Shown one piece after another: positions 16,174 to 20,322 of a DNA stretch of 20,322 nucleotides; position 1 is the stretch's first letter; each line of letters begins with the position of its first letter. The stretch covers positions 62,001 to 82,322 of the forward strand of contig NJBG01000001.1 of NCBI GenBank assembly GCA_005222965.1. The letters are read 5' to 3'. Both the position numbers and the translations under genes were made by a program. The stretch is from Candidatus Woesearchaeota archaeon B3_Woes. Lineage in GTDB: Archaea; Nanobdellota; Nanobdellia; Woesearchaeales; B3-WOES. The notes beneath the pieces are model-generated. The model was not told the origin of the DNA and did not search any database. It saw only the letters and a program-made list of their open reading frames with translations.

Positions 16174-18384
16174 TTGAAATCAAAAAATCAATCATATGTT
16201 GCTTACTTAAGCAGTTACCCTCCAAGAGAATGTGGCATTGCTACATTTACAAAAGATTTAACAAATTCTATGAATAAGAGATTTAATCCTCAGCTAAAAT
16301 CAAAAATAATTGCCATAAATGATAATTCTACTAATATATATAATTACAATAAGAAAAAAGTAATCATGCAGATTAATGAAGATGATATTGAAAAATACAT
16401 TAATATGGCCAAAGAGATTAATCAATCAAAAAAAATTAAGATTGTTAATATCCAGCATGAGTTTGGTTTGTTTGGTGGTGATGATGGAAATTATTTAATC
16501 CCTTTTTTAGAAACTTTAGAAAAACCAGTTGTAATAACATTTCATTCTGTAGTTCCTGATCCAGATGAGTCAAGAAAAAAACTTATACAATTTATTGTGT
16601 CTCATTGTTCTGCAGTCATTGTAATGGCCAATAAAGCAATAGAAATATTAAGAGAGGATTATGAAGTTGATACAGACCATATACATGTAGTTCCTCATGG
16701 AATTCCAGAAGTCCCATTTCAATCAACTAAATCTGCTAAAAACAAATTAGGATTACAAGATAAAAAAGTTTTATCTACTTTTGGTTTAATAAATAAAGGT
16801 AAAGGAATAGAATATGTAATTGAATCTTTACCTCCTTTAGTAAAAAAATTTCCTAATCTTTTATTTTTGATAATAGGCGAAACACATCCTGTTGTGAGGA
16901 AAAATGAAGGTGAAACCTATCGGAATAGCTTAATAAAAAAAATAAAAGACCTTGGTCTTGAAAAAAATGTCAAATTCTATAATAAATATCTTGATCTTCA
17001 GGAAATCATAGATTATTTGTTAGCAACAGATATCTATATGTCTTCAGCATTAGATCAAAATCAAATAGTAAGTGGAACTCTTTCATATGCATTGGGTTGT
17101 GGTAAAGCAATTATCTCAACACCCTATCTTTATGCTAGTGAGGTTCTATCTGATAATAAAGGCATATTAGTTAAGTTTGCAGATTCAGAATCAATAACCA
17201 AGGCTATAGACAAAATATTATCAAATAAAAATTTTAAAAAAGAGTTAGAAAAGAACGCATATGATTACAGTAGACGTATGACTTGGTCTAATGTGTCTAC
17301 ACAATGCTTAAAAATTTTTAATCAGATTGAGAGATTAAGAGAAGGAGTAACAAAAAAATATCCTGCTATTAAATTAACTCATCTTATGACGATGACAGAT
17401 GATTTTGGAATTATCCAGTTTGCTAATCATTCTAACCCTGATAAAAACTCTGGTTACACTGTAGATGATAATGCAAGAGCACTAATCGCCACAATTAAGC
17501 ATCATAGTTTATCTAAGTCAAAATCCTCTCTAAAACTAATAAATACTTACCTCAATTTTTTAGAACATTCACAAAATAAAGATGGTGATTTTCATAATTT
17601 TATTGGTTATGACAGAAAACCATTGTTGAATAAAGGATATACAGCAGACGCTCTTGGAAGAAGCATCTGGGCTTGCGGTTATACTATTTTTAAAAACAAT
17701 AAAGATGATATAAAATATAAAGCAAAAAAAATACTCACAAAAACTCTGCCTTTAATTCCCAAACTAGAGTCTCCAAGAGCAAAAGCATTTACAATACTTG
17801 GCCTTTACTATTATAATGAAGTCTACAAAGATAAAAAAATTGTTTCTCAAATAACAAAATTAGCTGATTCTTTAGTAGAAGGCTATAAAGAAGAATCATC
17901 TGATGATTGGAAATGGTTTGAAAAAATACTTACATACTCTAATGGAAAATTGCCAATGTCTCTATTTGCAGCTTATCAGGCAACAAACAAAAAAGAGTAT
18001 TTAAAAATTGCTGAAGAGAGTTTGGATTTCTTATCAAATCTAACATTCCTTGATAAAAAGTTTGTTCCAATAGGACATAAAGGGTGGTACAAGAGGGATG
18101 GTAAAAGAGCCTTCTTTGATCAACAGCCAGTTGATACATCTGTAATGGTTCAGACTTATTTATTTGCATACAAAACCACAAAAAACCCAGAGTATTATGA
18201 TAAAGCTATTCTTGCTTTCAACTGGTTTTTAGGTAGAAACTCTATAAATCAGATGATGTATAATGAATCAACAGGAGGGTGCTTTGATGGATTATCTCCA
18301 ACTTCTGTTAATCTAAATCAAGGAGCAGAATCAACAATAGCTTATCTATTAGCAAGATTAGATCTAGAGGAAATAAAGAAATAA
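16174..18384 (+). CDS. GT4 glycosyltransferase fused to a C-terminal six-hairpin (alpha/alpha)6 glycosidase-like domain
   Basis: YPPRECGIATF, IQHEFGLFGG, TFGLI..KGIE, GETHP, SGTLSYA.G.GKAIISTPY; C-domain GYTVDDNARAL, WFE..LTYSN, FDQQP, GGCFDGL, NQGAEST; TTG start with GAGGTG SD at 16163-16168. Confidence 0.88.
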   Translation: MKSKNQSYVAYLSSYPPRECGIATFTKDLTNSMNKRFNPQLKSKIIAINDNSTNIYNYNKKKVIMQINEDDIEKYINMAKEINQSKKIKIVNIQHEFGLFGGDDGNYLIPFLETLEKPVVITFHSVVPDPDESRKKLIQFIVSHCSAVIVMANKAIEILREDYEVDTDHIHVVPHGIPEVPFQSTKSAKNKLGLQDKKVLSTFGLINKGKGIEYVIESLPPLVKKFPNLLFLIIGETHPVVRKNEGETYRNSLIKKIKDLGLEKNVKFYNKYLDLQEIIDYLLATDIYMSSALDQNQIVSGTLSYALGCGKAIISTPYLYASEVLSDNKGILVKFADSESITKAIDKILSNKNFKKELEKNAYDYSRRMTWSNVSTQCLKIFNQIERLREGVTKKYPAIKLTHLMTMTDDFGIIQFANHSNPDKNSGYTVDDNARALIATIKHHSLSKSKSSLKLINTYLNFLEHSQNKDGDFHNFIGYDRKPLLNKGYTADALGRSIWACGYTIFKNNKDDIKYKAKKILTKTLPLIPKLESPRAKAFTILGLYYYNEVYKDKKIVSQITKLADSLVEGYKEESSDDWKWFEKILTYSNGKLPMSLFAAYQATNKKEYLKIAEESLDFLSNLTFLDKKFVPIGHKGWYKRDGKRAFFDQQPVDTSVMVQTYLFAYKTTKNPEYYDKAILAFNWFLGRNSINQMMYNESTGGCFDGLSPTSVNLNQGAESTIAYLLARLDLEEIKK

Positions 18385-18396
18385 ATATTCTTAAAA

Positions 18397-19557
18397 ATGG
18401 TTGTAAAAACACTAAAAGATAAAATTGTTTTTGGACCAGACTATGTTAGTATTGATTTTTGTCCTGTAGCAAAAGACACAGGCCAAGAAACTTTTCTTTT
18501 AGGAACATTTAATCCAGGTATGACTCGGTTAAAAAATGGAAATGTGCTTCTAATGATTAGGATGGCTGAAACATTAAAAGGATTTAAAGGCAAAGATGTT
18601 GTATATACTCCTCGAATGGATCTAAAAAAGAAAAAATTTGTTTTAGATACATATCCTAGAAAACATGTAAAATTCAGTGATCCAAGACATTTTGATATTA
18701 AACAACCAAATGGTGAAACAGCCATAAGATTAACTTCTGTCTCATGGTTATTGCCTGTTGAAATGAGTCCAGATGGAATGAAAGTAGTTAAAATTCATTA
18801 TACAAAAGCGATTCTTCCAGAAAAAGTTTACCAGGAATATGGAATAGAAGACCCTAGAATTACAAAAATAAAAAATAAATACTATATGACTGCTGTAGGA
18901 GTTAGTCCTAATAAAATTTGTACTTGTATGTATGAATCAAGCAATGGTCTTGATTATAAATTAAAAGGAGTTATTTTTGGAAATCAGAATAAAGATGTTG
19001 TTTTATTTCCAGAAAAGATTAAAGGAAGATATGTTGCACTAACAAGACCAGAAGGGCCATCTAATATTGCTTTCCCTTATGAACATGGTTCTCTTGTAGG
19101 AGGAGAATACATCAATATTTCCTATTCTCCTGACCTTAAATACTGGACTCCTTATGACGAGTTTTTATTAACACTAAAAAAGGATAGTTTATTTGATAAA
19201 AAGATTGGCAATAATTCTCCACCAATCTTAATGGATTTTAATAGAAAAAAATATTGGTTTTTCTTGTTTCATGGTGTACAAAGTGGAACTAAAGGAGTAG
19301 GAGTCTATCGTACTTTTGCTGCATTGCTTGATAAAAATAATCCTACAAAAATTTTCAAAATTAAATATAAACCTTTTTTAGAACCTAATCTAAAATTAGA
19401 AAAACGAATTAGAGAAATACTATTACTAAAGAATGTTGTTTTTACAACAGGTATGATTCCTGATGGTAAAGATTATCTAATCTGTTCTGGTGAGGCAGAC
19501 ACAGTAGTTAGAATGACAAAAGTTTCAAAAGAAGCTATTGTAAAATTTTTCTCTTAA
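18397..19557 (+). CDS. GH130 family beta-mannoside phosphorylase/glycosidase (five-bladed beta-propeller)
   Basis: FNPG, YGIEDPRIT, NKDVVLFP, LTRP, SPDL.YW, KIG..PPI, FHGV, LLD.NNP, NVVFTTG, GEAD; 12 bp after the GT4 gene. Confidence 0.88.
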   Translation: MVVKTLKDKIVFGPDYVSIDFCPVAKDTGQETFLLGTFNPGMTRLKNGNVLLMIRMAETLKGFKGKDVVYTPRMDLKKKKFVLDTYPRKHVKFSDPRHFDIKQPNGETAIRLTSVSWLLPVEMSPDGMKVVKIHYTKAILPEKVYQEYGIEDPRITKIKNKYYMTAVGVSPNKICTCMYESSNGLDYKLKGVIFGNQNKDVVLFPEKIKGRYVALTRPEGPSNIAFPYEHGSLVGGEYINISYSPDLKYWTPYDEFLLTLKKDSLFDKKIGNNSPPILMDFNRKKYWFFLFHGVQSGTKGVGVYRTFAALLDKNNPTKIFKIKYKPFLEPNLKLEKRIREILLLKNVVFTTGMIPDGKDYLICSGEADTVVRMTKVSKEAIVKFFS

Positions 19558-19563
19558 AAAATA

Positions 19564-20142
19564 TTATTTATTAGGATTAAATAATTTTGTTAAATCAGTC
19601 ATATCTTTTTCTTCTTTAGTTAGGATTGGTCTGTCTTCATCAGGTTCTTCTTCAGGCTCTTCCTGTTCTTCAGTTGTCTCTTCTTTATTTTCCTCTTCCT
19701 GATCTATTTCATCATTTGTTTTCACAATATCCTCATCTGTTTCAGAGCTCTCTTCTGTTTCTGTCACATCTTCTATTTGTTGAGCTTCTTCCTCTTGTTG
19801 TAATATTTCTTGGTCATTTGTCATAACTTCGTCCTTAACCAAATCACCAACTTTCATGTTAGAATCAGCGACATTAAAATCAGCATCGTCAAATTGTGAA
19901 AGTTTTTTTTCTACTGGTTTTTCAGATTCTTTTTTTGTTTCAATCTCTTTATCAACTTCATTTATTATACTATCAACTTTTTCTTTTTTTTCAACAGAAG
20001 GCTCTTCAACTCTTATCTTAACGCCTTTATTAGAATATCCTAGAATTTCTTTTGCTTTGTCTTTAGCATCAGTTATACTTGCAGCTAATCCAGATTGATG
20101 TAATGATTCTGCTAATTTATCTATCTCTTCTTGCTCTCCCAT
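19564..20142 (-). CDS. Acidic, largely disordered hypothetical protein
   Basis: 192-aa Glu/Asp-rich ORF with a TATA box about 24 nt upstream; helical N-terminal motif IDKLAESLHQSGLAAS..DAK.KAKEILG. Confidence 0.7.
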   Translation of the reverse strand: MGEQEEIDKLAESLHQSGLAASITDAKDKAKEILGYSNKGVKIRVEEPSVEKKEKVDSIINEVDKEIETKKESEKPVEKKLSQFDDADFNVADSNMKVGDLVKDEVMTNDQEILQQEEEAQQIEDVTETEESSETDEDIVKTNDEIDQEEENKEETTEEQEEPEEEPDEDRPILTKEEKDMTDLTKLFNPNK

Positions 20143-20186
20143 TATAATTAAAAGAAATAGATTAGTATTTATATTATTTTCTGATT

Positions 20187-20321
20187 TTAAGCTAAAAATA
20201 TAATATCTTTGTCTTCTTCAATAATATTCTCAACATTAAATAATTCTTTTATTTTTTTTTCAATAAAATCTCTTTTACCTGATTTTTTTAAAAAGCTCAA
20301 AACAAATCTATCTTTTCCAAC
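20187..20321 (-). CDS. C-terminal 44 aa of a gene entering from the right edge; possibly a class I SAM-dependent methyltransferase
   Basis: Open frame VGKDRFVLSFLKKSGKRDFIEKKIKELFNVENIIEEDKDIIFLA-stop. It resembles the last strands of small methyltransferases, but the functional call is weak. Confidence 0.45.
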   Translation of the reverse strand, partial: VGKDRFVLSFLKKSGKRDFIEKKIKELFNVENIIEEDKDIIFLA

Positions 20322-20322
20322 C

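Noticed and set aside
17939..20098. ORFs at 17939, 18441, 19626 and 19856
   Set aside because: Antisense shadows of GT4, GH130 and the acidic protein.
1..20322. CRISPR array, diversity-generating retroelement, transposase or recoded stop codons
   Set aside because: No regularly spaced repeat-spacer units, reverse transcriptase, TR/VR pair or transposase seen; all long ORFs read intact in the standard code.

Overview
AT-rich archaeal chromosomal segment. Gene content and style point to a DPANN archaeon, most likely Woesearchaeota-like (inference from eS6/aIF2-gamma, a Methanococcus/DPANN-type S-layer protein, AMP phosphorylase and TATA/BRE promoters). In order it holds: a truncated Fe-dependent alcohol dehydrogenase (not in the ORF track); an rps6e - aIF2-gamma - radical SAM/TRAM operon; a 48-bp MITE-like element with 13-bp terminal inverted repeats and an 8-bp flanking duplication; a membrane-anchored surface protein convergent with an 843-aa S-layer protein that has a long structured leader; an HD hydrolase; an intron-containing tRNA-Leu(UAG); a CBS/Zn-ribbon protein; a 613-aa protein with duplicated nucleotidyltransferase and duplicated HEPN-like domains; AMP phosphorylase; AI-2E and MFS transporters; a small possible HEPN protein; a GT4/(alpha/alpha)6 fusion plus GH130 pair; an acidic disordered protein; and a truncated ORF. 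The best candidate for an undescribed system is the NTase(inactive)-NTase-HEPN-HEPN(degenerate) protein and its adenylate-centred neighbourhood. All calls come from reading motifs by eye; no searches were run.
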